Counted from the first letter of the stretch, positions 40,537-52,838 are shown. The stretch: DNA of 64,000 nt from an uncultured Gammaproteobacteria bacterium (GCA_964546275.1 CAZJJG010000003.1:2012-66011), one strand, 5' to 3'. The notes: generated from the letters alone by a model not told the origin. Numbers and translations: made by a program.

Positions 40537-41502
40537 ATGAAAAAATTTAACTATATACAAGCTGCAAAAAAGATTTTTGAGATTGAAGCACGAGTTATTT
40601 TAGAGCTGTCTGATCAGCTTGGTAATAATTTTGTTACTTTGTGTGAAGATGCTCTAAAAACTAATGGAAAGATTATTCTTATGGGTGTAGGAAAATCTGG
40701 TCATGTTTCACAAAAAATAGCAGCTACTTTATCAAGCACAGGAACTCCATCTTTTTTTATTCATCCAACAGAAGCCGCTCATGGGGATATGGGGATGATA
40801 GGTAAAAAAGATATGGTAATAGTATTTTCTAACTCTGGAGAAACTCAAGAAATTATTTCGATATTGCCAGCATTAAAAAGAACAGCAAATAAATTGGTAT
40901 CAGTTACAGGAAATATAAACTCATCTATAGCCAAGGCTTCAGATAATCCTATTGAAATTCAAACTTCAGAAGAAGCTTGCACTTTAGATCTAGCTCCCAC
41001 CTCATCTACAACAGCAGCAATGGCTTTTGGAGATGCTCTAGCTGTTTCACTCCTTCAGGCAAAAGGTTTTACAAAAGATGATTTTGCAAAATCACATCCT
41101 GCAGGAAAGCTTGGAAAAGCTTTAACCTTATTGGTTTCTGATGTTATGCATGCTGGTAGAGATATGCCACAAGTGAGTTCAACTGCTTTATTAAGCAGCG
41201 CTCTGCTTGAAATTACTGAAAAAAATCTTGGTATGACTTTGGTTGAAGAGAATCAATCAGTTATTGGAATTTTTACAGATGGTGATTTAAGAAGATGTAT
41301 TGGCAATAAAACTGATATTAATAACACTATTATAAAAGATGTTATGACTCAAGATTTTAAATCTATTCAATCTTCTGATCTTGCTATTGACGCAGCAAAT
41401 GTTATGGAAAAATATAAGATATTTACATTAGTTGTTTTTGAATCAAATCAAGCTGTTGGAGTTATATCCATGCATGATTTGCTTCAGTCTGGAATTGTAT
41501 AG
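40537..41502 (+). CDS. kdsD: Arabinose-5-phosphate isomerase (SIS + CBS)
   Basis: GVGKSGH...ATLSSTGTPSFF.HP.EA.HGDMG, APTSST, HPAGKLG, GIFTDGDLRR. Confidence 0.96.
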   Translation: MKKFNYIQAAKKIFEIEARVILELSDQLGNNFVTLCEDALKTNGKIILMGVGKSGHVSQKIAATLSSTGTPSFFIHPTEAAHGDMGMIGKKDMVIVFSNSGETQEIISILPALKRTANKLVSVTGNINSSIAKASDNPIEIQTSEEACTLDLAPTSSTTAAMAFGDALAVSLLQAKGFTKDDFAKSHPAGKLGKALTLLVSDVMHAGRDMPQVSSTALLSSALLEITEKNLGMTLVEENQSVIGIFTDGDLRRCIGNKTDINNTIIKDVMTQDFKSIQSSDLAIDAANVMEKYKIFTLVVFESNQAVGVISMHDLLQSGIV

Positions 41503-41916
41503 TTGAAAATTATAATAACTTTTTTAGTAATATTCTCACTTAACATTTTCGGTTATACAGCTATTAATATTAGCAATAGCGACTTATTTATTGAATCTGA
41601 GAAAATTGAAATTCTAAAAGAAGAAAATGAGATACATTTTCTTGATAATTTAAAAATTCAAAATGAACATATAGCTATATCAGCCAAAACTGCAATATAT
41701 AATAAAAAAAATAAGATGCTTAGTATTTCAGGTGATATGGCTAAAATAGTTTCAAGTTCTTCTGAAAATCCTTTTTCCGGATATGCAAAAAAGATTATTG
41801 TTTTTGAGGATAATACAATAGAGCTAATAGGAAATGCTTACTTTGAAAATGATGGTATAAAATTTAAATCATCTTCTATTAAGTTTAATCAGCAAGACGG
41901 TAAAATATTAAATTAA
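41503..41916 (+). CDS. LptA/OstA-like periplasmic LPS transport protein
   Basis: TTG start, signal peptide, beta-jellyroll-like pattern (IELIGNA..FKSSSIKFN); directly before lptB. Confidence 0.65.
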   Translation: MKIIITFLVIFSLNIFGYTAINISNSDLFIESEKIEILKEENEIHFLDNLKIQNEHIAISAKTAIYNKKNKMLSISGDMAKIVSSSSENPFSGYAKKIIVFEDNTIELIGNAYFENDGIKFKSSSIKFNQQDGKILN

Positions 41917-41918
41917 AT

Positions 41919-42638
41919 ATGAGTCTTTTAAAGGTCAAAGGTCTATCCAAAACAATTAAAAAGAAGAATATTATTAATGATATTACTTTTGATGTTGATG
42001 CTGGTGAAATAGTCGGTTTGCTTGGTCCAAATGGAGCAGGAAAAACAACTACTTTTTATTCAATAGCTGGTCTTATTCAGCCTACTAAAGGTGAAATATT
42101 TATAAATGATAAAAAAGTTACAAATATTCCAATGCACACCAGATCAAAGCTTGGAATAGCATATTTACCTCAAGAACCTTCGATATTTCAAAATCTATCT
42201 GTAGAAGATAATATCCTTGGTTTAGCTCAGCTTTCCCTAAAAAATACTGATTCTATAAATCTTAGATTTACAGAAATTGTTAAGGAGTTTAATTTATCTA
42301 ATATCTTAACAAGCAAAGGCAGAGAACTTTCTGGAGGTCAAAGAAGAAGAGTTGAAATTGCTAGAAGTCTGGTTACAAAGCCAAAAATAATTCTTATGGA
42401 TGAGCCTTTTGCTGGAATAGATCCAATAGCTGTAGATGATATTAAAAAAATTCTTAATCAATTAACGCTACAGGGAATTAGTGTTCTTATAACCGATCAT
42501 AATGTCAGCGCTGCTCTTGAGATTTGTAATAGAGCTTTAATTTTAAGCGAAGGCAAAATTCTTGCTGAGGGCACTCCACATGAACTTATTAAGAACCCTA
42601 AAGTAAAAGAGGTGTATCTTGGTGAGATGTACTCATAA
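41919..42638 (+). CDS. lptB: LPS export ABC ATPase
   Basis: GLLGPNGAGKTT, YLPQEPSIF, LSGGQRRRVEIAR, DEPFAGIDP, ITDHNV. Confidence 0.97.
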   Translation: MSLLKVKGLSKTIKKKNIINDITFDVDAGEIVGLLGPNGAGKTTTFYSIAGLIQPTKGEIFINDKKVTNIPMHTRSKLGIAYLPQEPSIFQNLSVEDNILGLAQLSLKNTDSINLRFTEIVKEFNLSNILTSKGRELSGGQRRRVEIARSLVTKPKIILMDEPFAGIDPIAVDDIKKILNQLTLQGISVLITDHNVSAALEICNRALILSEGKILAEGTPHELIKNPKVKEVYLGEMYS

Positions 42639-42640
42639 GT

Positions 42641-43915
42641 ATGGCAATATCTTTAGTAAGGGAACTAGGCCAGAAACAAAAAGTAACTCTGACACCGCAA
42701 CTTAAAAAATCTATAGATCTACTTCAGCTATCCAGACAAGAGATCATTCAAAAAATTAATCTAGAAATTGAAACAAACCCATTTCTAGAAAAAGATGAGT
42801 CTGAACTCACTGAATATGTTGAGAATGAAGATTTTTTTTCAAGTGATTATCAGAAAGATATTGTTGCTAATCAAACATTAAGAGAAATCTTATTAAAACA
42901 ACTAGATGATCTCAATTTAGATAAAAAAGATAATAAAATTTCTATTTCTATAATTAACTCCTTAAATGAATCTGGTGAATTGATTGAAGGGATAGATGAA
43001 ATTGAAAATTTATTAAACTTTCAATATTCATATGATGAAATTGAGCAGGTGTTGATTAATATCATTCATCAAATGGATCCTCCTGGTATAGGTTTTAGAA
43101 ATATAAAAGAGACTATTTATATTCAGCTAAAAAAGAAAAGGATTAGTTCAGAATTAATGGAGATATGCGAAATAATTTTATTTAAAAGTTTAGGAATTAA
43201 TATTCAGAATATTAAAAAAGAATTAGCTAGCTCCTTTAAAGAAAACTCAATAGATGAATCAATTCAACTTATAAAAAGTTGTGATTTAGCGCCAGGACTT
43301 AGTTATGAAGAAACTCAATATGTCATGCCTGATCTTATTGTTATAGATGGCGAGAGTAAAAATGTTAATTTTATAAATGATCAGTTTCCAGTTATACAAA
43401 TTGATGAAGTTTTAATAAATTCTATTAAAAAAGAGTTAAAGAAAAAACCTAATGAGGGGATTGTTGAAAAAATTAATGATGCAAAATGGTTAATTAAAGC
43501 TGTAAAAAAAAGAAATGAAACTGTCTTAAAGGTTGGTGAAATAATTTGTAAAAAGCAGCATGCTTTTTTTGATAATGAACCTTTAGAAATTAAGCCCTTA
43601 ACTAATAAGGATATTTCTGATGAATTAGGCCTTCATCCTTCAACAATATCGAGAATATTGCGATCTAAGTTTATCCAGACCCCAAGAGGTGTTGTTGCTC
43701 TAAAATCTTTGCTAGTAAGCTCTGTATCAAAAACTAGAAATGTAACTCCTGTTCAGTTGATGGAGATTATTCAAAAAGTAATTCAAGCAGAAAAAGTTAA
43801 GTTGAGTGATCAGGATATTGTTATTTTATTAAATAAAAAAGGTTATAGCCTCGCCAGAAGAACAATTTCTAAATATCGTTTGAAATTAAACATACCTTCA
43901 TCAAGAAAAAGATAA
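42641..43915 (+). CDS. rpoN: RNA polymerase sigma-54 factor
   Basis: TPQL...LLQLS...ETNPFLE, LGLHPSTISR helix-turn-helix, RpoN box ARRTISKYR. Confidence 0.93.
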   Translation: MAISLVRELGQKQKVTLTPQLKKSIDLLQLSRQEIIQKINLEIETNPFLEKDESELTEYVENEDFFSSDYQKDIVANQTLREILLKQLDDLNLDKKDNKISISIINSLNESGELIEGIDEIENLLNFQYSYDEIEQVLINIIHQMDPPGIGFRNIKETIYIQLKKKRISSELMEICEIILFKSLGINIQNIKKELASSFKENSIDESIQLIKSCDLAPGLSYEETQYVMPDLIVIDGESKNVNFINDQFPVIQIDEVLINSIKKELKKKPNEGIVEKINDAKWLIKAVKKRNETVLKVGEIICKKQHAFFDNEPLEIKPLTNKDISDELGLHPSTISRILRSKFIQTPRGVVALKSLLVSSVSKTRNVTPVQLMEIIQKVIQAEKVKLSDQDIVILLNKKGYSLARRTISKYRLKLNIPSSRKR

Positions 43916-43943
43916 AAGTTATACCTTGATGTAAGATAATTGA

Positions 43944-45284
43944 ATGGATCAATCGTTCAATAAAAATAATTTAACAATTCTACTTGATGAATCATCTAAT
44001 CTTTCTATTAATCAAATTAAGAGATTATTGAATAAAATGAATGCTGCCGAACTTGCTCATTGTCTTGAATCGTCTCCTCCAAAACAAAGAAAATTATTAT
44101 GGTCTTTAATCGATAATGAGGATGAAGGGGATGTTTTAGCAGATCTGGGTGATGAAATTCAGCAAGAAGTTCTTTTAGATATTTCAAATGAAGAGCTTGC
44201 AGAGGTAGTTAGTGATCTTGAGTTAGATGAGATTGTAGATATTCTCCAACATCTTCCTAAAAATAGAATGAATATGATTCTTGGAAAAATGTCTTTAAGA
44301 GACAGGCAAAGAATTGAAGAAGCGCTTATTTATCCAGAAGATTCTGCTGGCGGTCTTCTAAATACAGATGTTATAAGCGTTAGACCAAGGCATACGATTG
44401 AAGTGGTCATGAACTACCTCCGAGCACAAAAAAAGCTTCCAAGAAATACTGATAAATTATTTGTAGTATCTTCTGAGGATCTTTATCTTGGAGAGTTACC
44501 AATTACAACAATTCTTACCTCAGATCCAAATCTTACTGTTAGAGAGATTATGGATACAAATATTATTCCCATGGATGCTAGTCAGGATGATAAAGAAGTA
44601 GCTACTTTATTTGAAAGAAATGACCTTATCTCCTCGGCTGTTGTTGATAAAGATAATAAATTAATAGGTAGAATTACAATTGATGATGTTGTTGATGTAA
44701 TAAGAGAAGATGCTGATCAGAACTTTCTAGGAATGGCTGGTATAGCAGAAGATACTTTTCAGCCTCCAGGGCGAGCAGCAAAAAGTAGAGTTTTTTGGTT
44801 AAGTATGAATTTGATGACTGCTTTTATTGCAGCTATGACGATTAATATATTTCAAGAAGTCATAGCAGAAATAGTCTTTGTTGCTGTCTTAATGCCTATA
44901 GTAGCAAGCATGGGTGGAGTTGCTGCAACTCAAACTCTAACAATTGTATTAAGAGGTTTAACGTTAGAACAGATAAATCGCTCAAATCTTGCATGGCTAT
45001 TTAAAAGAGAATTAGCAGTGGCTATATTAAATGGCATAGTTTTAGCTATCCTTATTGGTCTAAGTACCTTTATTTGGTTTAATGACATGACTCTTGCCCT
45101 TTTAATATCTGCAGCTCTTATTATTAACTTAATTAGCTCTGTTTTAGCAGGGGTGTCAGTTCCATTAATTCTAAGAAGATTTAAACAAGATCCAGCTATT
45201 GCTGGAAGTGTTGTTGTCACAACAGTAACAGACGTCGTTGGATTTGTATCATTTCTGGGTTTAGCTACTATTTTTTTACTCTAG
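43944..45284 (+). CDS. mgtE: Magnesium transporter MgtE
   Basis: YPEDSAGGL, CBS pair, GRITIDDV, MPIVASMGG.AATQT, DPAIAG...TDVVG. Confidence 0.95.
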   Translation: MDQSFNKNNLTILLDESSNLSINQIKRLLNKMNAAELAHCLESSPPKQRKLLWSLIDNEDEGDVLADLGDEIQQEVLLDISNEELAEVVSDLELDEIVDILQHLPKNRMNMILGKMSLRDRQRIEEALIYPEDSAGGLLNTDVISVRPRHTIEVVMNYLRAQKKLPRNTDKLFVVSSEDLYLGELPITTILTSDPNLTVREIMDTNIIPMDASQDDKEVATLFERNDLISSAVVDKDNKLIGRITIDDVVDVIREDADQNFLGMAGIAEDTFQPPGRAAKSRVFWLSMNLMTAFIAAMTINIFQEVIAEIVFVAVLMPIVASMGGVAATQTLTIVLRGLTLEQINRSNLAWLFKRELAVAILNGIVLAILIGLSTFIWFNDMTLALLISAALIINLISSVLAGVSVPLILRRFKQDPAIAGSVVVTTVTDVVGFVSFLGLATIFLL

Positions 45285-48200
45285 TCTAATTAATTCTGGA
45301 TTATTGATATCCCCTTTTACTTGATAATTGAGAGTTGATATTTCATTGATGCCCTCTTCAAATATACTTCCAATAACCATACCGCCAGCTATTGCCGGAA
45401 ATCCTCCTAAAAATGCTCCATACCATGGCAAGTTATCAGAAATTGTAAGTCGCATTTCCAAAAATAAATCTAAATCAGAAAGATTTTGTCTTCTGTCTTT
45501 TTGAATATCTCCAATCCATTTCATTTTTGCAAAATTAGTTTCTATAAATAAAGGATCTGAAATCCTTGCTTTGTCATTCATAAAGATAAAACCTCCTGCT
45601 CCTCTTCTTATATTTAGGTTGTTTCTATTTTCATCAGAAAGATCTATCTCAGAAAGTGTTGAAAAAAAACTTTTTAGATTGAATATTCCAAGAGCTTTTA
45701 ATAGAACAGAATTTGATATCTCTTGATCTAATTTTAAGTCCTTAACTAAGAAAGATAATTTTCCTTGTAAGTTATTCAGCTGCTTGGCGCTAGTCCATTC
45801 AATATTCATATTTGATTTGAGATATTCAAAATTATAGTTGAGGTATTTTTGAATCTCCTTGGGAGGATTTTTTAGCTCATAAATGCCTTTAACTTTATAA
45901 AGATCAGAATTTTTATTGTAGCTAATATATGCTTTTTCATCGGTATTCAAAGGCTCAACATTAATATTTTTACTCTTAACTTTAATATCATTAACTGTAA
46001 GAACTTCTGAATTCTCTAGAATATAAAAGTCAAATGCGTCAATATTTATCCCATCTATATCTATATTTTTACCTATTATTCTCATATTAGTTGATTGTTT
46101 TTCTCTATTAGATTCTGGGAATGTAAGAGTTTTAATACTAGAATTATTTAAATTAATTTTTGTAAAACCCTCTGCTCCAAATGTTACAAGGCCATTCAGA
46201 TCATCTCCTTTTAGGTATAGCTCTGAAGTATTGCCTGAGAATGTAAATTTACCCGACTGAGAATTAAAAATATTTCCAAAAAGAATTAACTTATCAAAAT
46301 AAAATTCTATAGATTTAATAGATATTCCAGCTGAACTATTTTCACCAAAATCATTAAAGCTTAAGTCCTCGAAGTCTAGCTGAGGTATATCAAGATATAT
46401 ATTGAAATCATTATTCTTAAGAGCTGATGCAATTTTCTCATCAAAGTAATTGCCTGATTTAAAATAACCTCCCAATTTATTGTTCTCTATAATAATTAAA
46501 GTTTCGAAAAGAGTATTTTTTATAAAAATATTCGGACTAGTTATATTTGAAATCTCAATATTAGTATCTAAAGCTTGACCAAAATCTTTATTAAAATATT
46601 CTATTTGAGAGGATATTTTTGTTGATTTCAAATTATTAAACATGCTTATCTTTATCCCCTCTTCCTCTGAATAAGTTAATGTTAAATCTGATAACTCTTT
46701 TCCCTGTAAATTAAATAAATCACTCTTGGGAGTAACTGAAGCCATATCAATTAATAGTTTGGATGATAAAGAGATGGATGGATTTTTATTTAAATTTTTA
46801 ATAGCAATAATAGCTTCAAGATCTTGATTGAATACGCCTAAATTTAAGACTCCGTATGCATTATTGAAGTTATTAAGGTAGATATTTCCATTAATGTTAC
46901 TAATTTGCATATCTTTGTAGATATCTAGATCTAGATTATTTAATGAAGCTACAGCAAAGTTAACATTACTAGAATCCATAAGATTTATTATTCCCAAAGT
47001 TTCAATTGGGAGACTGAAATTATTTTGGAGACTCTCTTGAACGCCACTAAATGCATCTATCAGAAGATCATCTTGAGTCAATGTATGATCAGAATAATAA
47101 TATAGGCTACCTGTATCTGTTTCAATTAAAGCTCTGACTTTTTGAAAAGGAATTGAATTAAAGTCACCCATGCCTAGATAAAATTTTAAATCATTATTTT
47201 TTAAAATAAGGTCTAAAGTATCTGATCTCACTATTGAATCAGAATTTATTTTGTACTCAAAATTATTTAAGGTAGCTGATCCGCTTATGTAGTTAAATGA
47301 CGGATCGTCAGAAGTATTATTAATTGAGACCATTAAATTATCTAAATAATTTGATATTAATGACCTTTGGAGGCTCTTTTGTATATTTGTAAGACTATCT
47401 GGTAAAAGAGCAATAAAAAGTTTTTTATCTATATTTTCAGTAACAAGATTTAACTTATATTTATTTTTTGAAAAATTTGTCATCCTAAAATCTAATTCTG
47501 TATTATTAATTTTGAAAAGGAGCTGAGAACTTAATTCTAATTTTTTAAAATCATAATTTATGTCTCCTTGAATATTTGCTATAAAATTTGCTTTGTTTTT
47601 AGCCTCTAAAACACCATTTGATTTTATTTTAAGTTGAGCAAAATCATTGTTAGCTAACATAATTCCTGAAATACCTTTTAATGACTCAAGATAGATATTG
47701 TTGATATTAAGAGAGTTAAAATTAGCAGAAAAAAACAAATCTTTATTATTAGCAATATAGCTAAGATTGTTCAACTGAATTTTTTCAATGTTTTGTAAAG
47801 ATTCCAAATTAACAAAATCATGATCTAAATAGATGTCTGACAGTCTTAATGTTTTATTTAAAAAATCTATTGCAAGTACATTGTTTGCCTTCAACAAAGG
47901 TTTATTTAAATTGTTAAAAGATATAAAAGCTATTTTATTAAAATATGTTTGAGTAAATTCTCCGCTAAGATCTGAAAACTCAATATATTCGTTCATTAAA
48001 TTACTTCCGCTGAAAGATCCAACGGTATTCCAGGATTGTAAAATATTATTACCTATTAAATTTAAAGAAAATTTAATTTCCTTTAAATCATCTTGTTGTC
48101 TCGTTGGGAAATTAGAAAGCCAGTTATTGTTAGGTAAATTAATTATATATTTTTGATACTTATCATTTGATGCTAAAAATATTGATCCCATTTTATTTTT

Positions 48201-48668
48201 TTGTGATAAATGAAGATAGCCATTTATTAGATTGCTTGAGTTAATGGCTATATCTGCATTTATGCTATCAAAAATTTTAATACGCTCATCTTCATCAAAA
48301 TATTGCAGGCTTCCCTCACTAATTGTTATATGAGAAAAAGGCTGCATGAAAACCAATTCAAAAGGATTCTCATATAAAAATTTGAAGCTAGACTTTAAAT
48401 ATTTAGACTCAAAAACAATTTCTTTGTTGATAGATATTTTTAAGTCATCGAAATAAAGAGTTGGGTAAAATAAATTTCCACTTGAGGTTACGCCTGAAAA
48501 ATCAATTTGAGCACTATTAATAAAAACTTTATCAATTATTTTAATAGCATTACTTGGGTAGGTTGATATAAGAGCTATAAGCACTAGAGATAAAATAACC
48601 AGTGAAGAAACAATATTCAGCAGAATTAAGAAAAAATTCTTTAATAACGGAGAAAAAATCTTTGACAT
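45276..48668 (-). CDS. YhdP/AsmA2-like intermembrane lipid transporter
   Basis: 1130 aa, N-terminal TM, beta-rich body, C-terminal GGFPAIAGGMVIG...YQVKGDINNP; downstream of mreD, where yhdP usually lies. Confidence 0.7.
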   Translation of the reverse strand: MSKIFSPLLKNFFLILLNIVSSLVILSLVLIALISTYPSNAIKIIDKVFINSAQIDFSGVTSSGNLFYPTLYFDDLKISINKEIVFESKYLKSSFKFLYENPFELVFMQPFSHITISEGSLQYFDEDERIKIFDSINADIAINSSNLINGYLHLSQKNKMGSIFLASNDKYQKYIINLPNNNWLSNFPTRQQDDLKEIKFSLNLIGNNILQSWNTVGSFSGSNLMNEYIEFSDLSGEFTQTYFNKIAFISFNNLNKPLLKANNVLAIDFLNKTLRLSDIYLDHDFVNLESLQNIEKIQLNNLSYIANNKDLFFSANFNSLNINNIYLESLKGISGIMLANNDFAQLKIKSNGVLEAKNKANFIANIQGDINYDFKKLELSSQLLFKINNTELDFRMTNFSKNKYKLNLVTENIDKKLFIALLPDSLTNIQKSLQRSLISNYLDNLMVSINNTSDDPSFNYISGSATLNNFEYKINSDSIVRSDTLDLILKNNDLKFYLGMGDFNSIPFQKVRALIETDTGSLYYYSDHTLTQDDLLIDAFSGVQESLQNNFSLPIETLGIINLMDSSNVNFAVASLNNLDLDIYKDMQISNINGNIYLNNFNNAYGVLNLGVFNQDLEAIIAIKNLNKNPSISLSSKLLIDMASVTPKSDLFNLQGKELSDLTLTYSEEEGIKISMFNNLKSTKISSQIEYFNKDFGQALDTNIEISNITSPNIFIKNTLFETLIIIENNKLGGYFKSGNYFDEKIASALKNNDFNIYLDIPQLDFEDLSFNDFGENSSAGISIKSIEFYFDKLILFGNIFNSQSGKFTFSGNTSELYLKGDDLNGLVTFGAEGFTKINLNNSSIKTLTFPESNREKQSTNMRIIGKNIDIDGINIDAFDFYILENSEVLTVNDIKVKSKNINVEPLNTDEKAYISYNKNSDLYKVKGIYELKNPPKEIQKYLNYNFEYLKSNMNIEWTSAKQLNNLQGKLSFLVKDLKLDQEISNSVLLKALGIFNLKSFFSTLSEIDLSDENRNNLNIRRGAGGFIFMNDKARISDPLFIETNFAKMKWIGDIQKDRRQNLSDLDLFLEMRLTISDNLPWYGAFLGGFPAIAGGMVIGSIFEEGINEISTLNYQVKGDINNPELIRLE

Positions 48669-48675
48669 AAAATGA

Positions 48676-49149
48676 TTATTTGTAAAACCTTTTCTTAAAA
48701 TTATTCATCAGGATGTATATAAATATCCATGAAAATGCATTTAAAAATAAACTTAAAAAAATTAGTAGGTAAGAGAAATTTATAGTATTCATAAATATCT
48801 GAATAACACCTAGATAAAACATTGAAAGAAATGCAAAAAATATTGTTATCTGTAAGAAAGAGAATATTTTGAATGAATACCTATAAGTATGAATTAGAAA
48901 AGAGGCTGAAGTAAATAAAAGAGCATTCAAACCAAATGGACTGCCAAGAATAAGATCGATCATGAGGCCAATAAAAAAACTTGAAAGAGCATAAATATTA
49001 TTTGGTAAACTGAAAACCCAAAAGCAGAATACTAAGAAACCCAAAGTAAAACTTAAATAATAATCTATCATTAAAAAATTGATCTTAGAGTCCAAGAAAT
49101 TAGCTAGAATAATGGTTATTAATATCTTAAAAAAATTAGTTAAAGTCAT
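48676..49149 (-). CDS. mreD: Rod shape-determining protein MreD
   Basis: Hydrophobic; FFIGLMIDLILGSPFGLNAL; follows mreC. Confidence 0.88.
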   Translation of the reverse strand: MTLTNFFKILITIILANFLDSKINFLMIDYYLSFTLGFLVFCFWVFSLPNNIYALSSFFIGLMIDLILGSPFGLNALLFTSASFLIHTYRYSFKIFSFLQITIFFAFLSMFYLGVIQIFMNTINFSYLLIFLSLFLNAFSWIFIYILMNNFKKRFYK

Positions 49150-49975
49150 TGGGGTATAGAACCATTACGTGGTTTTGTATTAAAGGACTGGCATTGGTCT
49201 TGATCTCTATAGAGGCTTCCGCTTCATCTGATGCTGTTATCAAAATAATGGATCCTAAAAGTATTCCTTCAGGGAAAATACCCCCTAAGCCAGATGAATA
49301 AAATTTATCACCTAGATTAAGGGGTTCAGGCCATAAAGACTTATCATATTTACATTGAATAATCTGAGGTCTTCCAGCCCCAGCTGCATTGCAAAAGAAG
49401 TTATTTGACTTAATAGGAATGGAATGCTGTATGTCACTTAGTAAAATAACTTCGCTTACTTGTTGATTTGAATTAGCAATTTGACCCAATAAACCCTCAG
49501 AATTAATGACAACCCCGCCAACTTTGAATGGGGTAATATTATTAAATAAAAATAATTTATGACTATCGCAACACTTATATAAATTAGTATCAAATGAAGA
49601 TATTGATGCAATTTCATTATATGAATCGATGGCAGAGCTTTTTATGTATGCAGTTAGCCCGTTATTATTTTTAAATAAATTATCTTTATTTAAGATAAGA
49701 AAATTTTCTATTTTTGCATTTTCTAGTTCATTTTTTAGTGCATCATTTGATTGAATTAAATCAAGCTTGCTATTGGTTAAGTTATAAGAATTTTTGATAG
49801 GTTGAAAAATTAAGCTCTTAATAGCAAGATTGCTGCTAAGCAAAGCAGAATTAAAAATATTTTTAGTTGAATTAAAAGTTTTGTATTGTAGATCTAGAAA
49901 TAAGAATGAAGCTGCTAGACCAATTAAAACAATGTATGCAAATTTAGGTGTATTGCCCGGCGCAATCCTCGCCAT
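49136..49975 (-). CDS. mreC: Rod shape-determining protein MreC
   Basis: TM plus coiled coil, VINSEGLLGQI, SSGLGGIFPEGI. Confidence 0.9.
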   Translation of the reverse strand: MARIAPGNTPKFAYIVLIGLAASFLFLDLQYKTFNSTKNIFNSALLSSNLAIKSLIFQPIKNSYNLTNSKLDLIQSNDALKNELENAKIENFLILNKDNLFKNNNGLTAYIKSSAIDSYNEIASISSFDTNLYKCCDSHKLFLFNNITPFKVGGVVINSEGLLGQIANSNQQVSEVILLSDIQHSIPIKSNNFFCNAAGAGRPQIIQCKYDKSLWPEPLNLGDKFYSSGLGGIFPEGILLGSIILITASDEAEASIEIKTNASPLIQNHVMVLYPNDFN

Positions 49976-49980
49976 CTGAA

Positions 49981-51105
<1,125 letters not shown>

Positions 51106-51111
51106 CTATAT

Positions 51112-51393
51112 ATGGACAAAGAAACAGTTGCAACTATATCTTACTTATCAAGACTTGCATTTGATGAGGAGAATGAAAAAAAAATTACCAAAGATCTGGA
51201 AAATATAATTGAATTTGTTGATCAGCTAGATGCTGTTAACACCTCAAATATTGAGCCTCTTACAAGCCCTCTTGAAAAGACTGCTAAGACAAGAGTTGAT
51301 AAAGTTACAGCTAAGAATAGAAAGGAAAAATTTTTAGAAAATGCGCCCAAAGCAAATGAAGATTATTTCTTAGTACCAAGGGTTGTTGAATGA
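51112..51393 (+). CDS. gatC: Asp/Glu-tRNA amidotransferase subunit C
   Basis: ISYLSRL...IIEFVDQL...NAP...YFLVPRVVE. Confidence 0.94.
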   Translation: MDKETVATISYLSRLAFDEENEKKITKDLENIIEFVDQLDAVNTSNIEPLTSPLEKTAKTRVDKVTAKNRKEKFLENAPKANEDYFLVPRVVE

Positions 51394-52838
51394 GTATTCA
51401 ATATAAAACAATTAAAGAATTATCTCTCATGCTTAAGTCTAAGCAGATTTCTAATAGTGAGCTTATGGTAGAAACCTTTGATCTAGTAGATAAATACAAG
51501 GATTTAAATGCTTTTATTACTCTTAATAAAGAGAATGCATTATTAAAAGCAAAAGAGTTAGATGATAATCCTTTAGATTTGAGTCTATCTGGTATACCTA
51601 TAGCTCAAAAAGATTTATTTGTAACAAAAGGTTTGAGGACTACTTGTGGATCAAATATGCTCTCTAATTTTATTCCTCCATATTCAGCAACGGTTATTGA
51701 AAATCTTGAACAGGCTGGATGTATATCTATTGGCAAGACCAATATGGATGAGTTTGCTATGGGCTCATCAAATGAAACTAGTTTTTATGGAAATGTTTAT
51801 AATCCATGGGGAAATGACTTAGTGCCTGGAGGAAGTTCTGGAGGCTCTGCGGCTGCCGTTGCTGCTGGTATTGTTTCTGGAGCTACTGGAACTGATACAG
51901 GGGGTTCGATAAGACAGCCTGCTTCTTTGTGCGGTATAACAGGCATAAAGCCTACCTATGGGAGAATATCTAGATGGGGCATGATTGCATTTGCCTCAAG
52001 CTTGGATCAAGCTGGTCCAATAGCTAGAAGTGCTGAAGATTGTGCAATTCTTATGAATGAAATGTGTTCACATGACCTAAAAGATACTACATCATTAGAT
52101 GAAGATATTCCTGATTTTACTGCAAATATTGATGCTCCAATCCAAGGACTAAGAATAGGACTCGTAAAAGAGTTTGATTTATCTAAACTTGATAGTGCAG
52201 TTGTGAAAGTCTTTGAAGACGCGAAGAAGCATTATGAGTCTTTAGGTGCAGAGTTCGTAGAAGTATCTTTACCAAATATTAACTTGTCTGTGCCTACTTA
52301 TTACGTAGTGGCTCCTGCAGAATGTTCTTCAAACTTATCAAGATTTGATGGAGTTAGGTATGGAAAAAGATGCGACAATCCAAAAGATCTTGAAGACTTA
52401 TATATAAGGAGTCGATCTGAAGGTTTTGGTGATGAAGTAAAAAGAAGAATTCTTATAGGATCATATGTTCTTTCTGCAGGATTTTATGATGCTTATTACA
52501 AAAAAGCTCAGCAAGTAAGAAGATTAATTAAAAATGATTTTGATAATGCTTTTGATAAGGTTGATCTAATCATGTCTCCTACAACGAGGGGCACAGCATT
52601 TGAAGCTGGATCAATGAATGATCCAATTCAGATGTATCTAGAAGATTTATTTACTGTTCCAGCAAATTTAGCTGGATTACCTGGAATATCTATTCCTAGC
52701 GGTTTTGTTGATGGTAAACCTTTAGGCCTTCAATTAATTGGTAACTCATTGCAAGAGAGTCAATTACTTAATGTTGCTCATAATTTTCAAATGACTAGTG
52801 ATTGGCATTTAAAGACACCATCTTCGGAGATAAAATAA
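51390..52838 (+). CDS. gatA: Amidotransferase subunit A
   Basis: [38 protein letters not shown]. Confidence 0.97.
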   Translation: MSIQYKTIKELSLMLKSKQISNSELMVETFDLVDKYKDLNAFITLNKENALLKAKELDDNPLDLSLSGIPIAQKDLFVTKGLRTTCGSNMLSNFIPPYSATVIENLEQAGCISIGKTNMDEFAMGSSNETSFYGNVYNPWGNDLVPGGSSGGSAAAVAAGIVSGATGTDTGGSIRQPASLCGITGIKPTYGRISRWGMIAFASSLDQAGPIARSAEDCAILMNEMCSHDLKDTTSLDEDIPDFTANIDAPIQGLRIGLVKEFDLSKLDSAVVKVFEDAKKHYESLGAEFVEVSLPNINLSVPTYYVVAPAECSSNLSRFDGVRYGKRCDNPKDLEDLYIRSRSEGFGDEVKRRILIGSYVLSAGFYDAYYKKAQQVRRLIKNDFDNAFDKVDLIMSPTTRGTAFEAGSMNDPIQMYLEDLFTVPANLAGLPGISIPSGFVDGKPLGLQLIGNSLQESQLLNVAHNFQMTSDWHLKTPSSEIK

